This document shows positions 63,278 to 64,000 of a stretch of 64,000 bases of DNA, piece by piece (the stretch's first letter is position 1; the number at the start of each line of letters is the position of its first letter). Source of the stretch: Escherichia phage vB_EcoM_Skers. The translations under genes and the position numbers were made by a program. The notes under the pieces were generated by a model, which did not search any database, had not been told where the DNA came from, and saw only the letters and a program-made list of their open reading frames with translations. The DNA lies in sequence record MW748999.1; one strand, 5' to 3'.

Positions 63278-63305
63278 ATTATAGAGAATCTCCCTTGTAT
63301 GTCAA
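63278..63305 (-). promoter_or_regulatory. PeSL-type early promoter cassette
   Basis: TTGACA-N16-TATAAT with GGGAG/CTCCC palindrome, immediately after gene 39 stop. Confidence 0.65.
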
Positions 63306-63308
63306 GTG

Positions 63309-64000
63309 TTATGATTGCATCCAAATTTTGCGTTGATCTGCATCTTCACTATAGAGCAAATCGAATAGCTCTTTATAGTTTTCCGGTAACGTGATGATCT
63401 CCATTACAGGATCGTTGATCACGCGATGATAATCTGATTCTGTAAGCGATGCTAACCCTTTGATATATCGAATGTTGTAACCTTTGATATTATCTCGGTC
63501 GTTCTCGAAATCTTCTAGGTCATAATACCATCGAACATCATCACCTTTCTTTGGTTCCGCAATGATAATAGGTGTTTTGATAAACCGGATTCGACCATCT
63601 TCGAACAATTCAGGCCAACGAGCAAAGAAAGAGATCAGACTAGGCTTAATAGACCCGATCCCGTCGGTATCAGCGTCTGTCATAATCGCAATATTTTTGT
63701 ATTGCATAACTTCCAATGCATCAACACCAAATTGCAAACCAGTGATCGCCATGATGTTAAAAATTTCAGCGTTCTTAACGATCTTTGCCTCCGGTTGTTC
63801 CCACGTTGTAAGAGTTTTGCCTCGCAACGGGAAACCGCCATGTAAATCTTGATCACGTACAGAGATCAGATAGTTGATCGCGGAATCACCTTCCGTCAAA
63901 AACAGGGTAGTTTCTGCGTCAGTTCCAATAAGGTTAGCTTTAACGTGCTTTGCTACCTTAGCCCGTTTTGCTGCCTTTGCTGCCTTAGTCGCTGCCGCTT
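63309..64000 (-). CDS. 39: DNA topoisomerase II large subunit (GyrB-like), C-terminal part; 5' end beyond window
   Basis: Toprim motifs EGDSA and IMTDADTDG; frame stays open to window edge (the track M is a TTG inside the ORF). Confidence 0.85.
   Translation of the reverse strand, partial: AAATKAAKAAKRAKVAKHVKANLIGTDAETTLFLTEGDSAINYLISVRDQDLHGGFPLRGKTLTTWEQPEAKIVKNAEIFNIMAITGLQFGVDALEVMQYKNIAIMTDADTDGIGSIKPSLISFFARWPELFEDGRIRFIKTPIIIAEPKKGDDVRWYYDLEDFENDRDNIKGYNIRYIKGLASLTESDYHRVINDPVMEIITLPENYKELFDLLYSEDADQRKIWMQS

Noticed and set aside
11165-63305. Repeated palindrome-containing elements as a possible CRISPR array
   Set aside because: Copies are irregularly spaced (hundreds of bp to kb), each sits in a promoter context with -35/-10 hexamers and a downstream SD-ATG, and the palindromes differ between copies. 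This fits promoter cassettes, not CRISPR repeats.

Overview
This window is a contiguous, almost fully coding segment of a T4-like myophage genome (about 105 genes). Recognisable T4 core blocks appear in T4-like order: uvsY (partial), baseplate genes 25-26 and 51-27-28-29-48-54, two Alt-family ADP-ribosyltransferases, a hyperplastic early region of about 25 small ORFs, DNA ligase (30), gp31, cd, pseT, spanins, rnlA, denA, nrdB, nrdA, td, frd, 32, 59, 33, dsbA, rnh, long tail fibre genes 34-35-36-37-38, holin t, a second small-ORF region, topoisomerase II genes 52 and 39 (partial), rIIB and rIIA. Assignments rest on motifs read directly from the ORF translations and on recalled T4 protein sequences and gene order; no database search was run. 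The small-ORF regions are punctuated by at least 23 copies of a sigma70-like promoter cassette, most with a GC-rich palindromic spacer, which resemble the PeSL elements reported for RB49-type phages. No asiA, motA, alc, denB or ndd candidates are seen at their T4 positions. The strongest candidates for undescribed biology are a five-gene operon with a minimal C5-methyltransferase-fold protein plus zinc-ribbon and DUF262 proteins, a six-member small-protein family with an H-x-H-W motif, a NADAR-like protein beside ligase, and a CYTH-like protein between rnh and dsbA. Gene 37 carries a 285-bp in-frame insertion made of Illumina adapter sequence plus a 176-bp duplication, which is almost certainly an assembly artefact. 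Many ORF-track starts (some TTG/GTG) were trimmed to the ATG that follows a Shine-Dalgarno and promoter.
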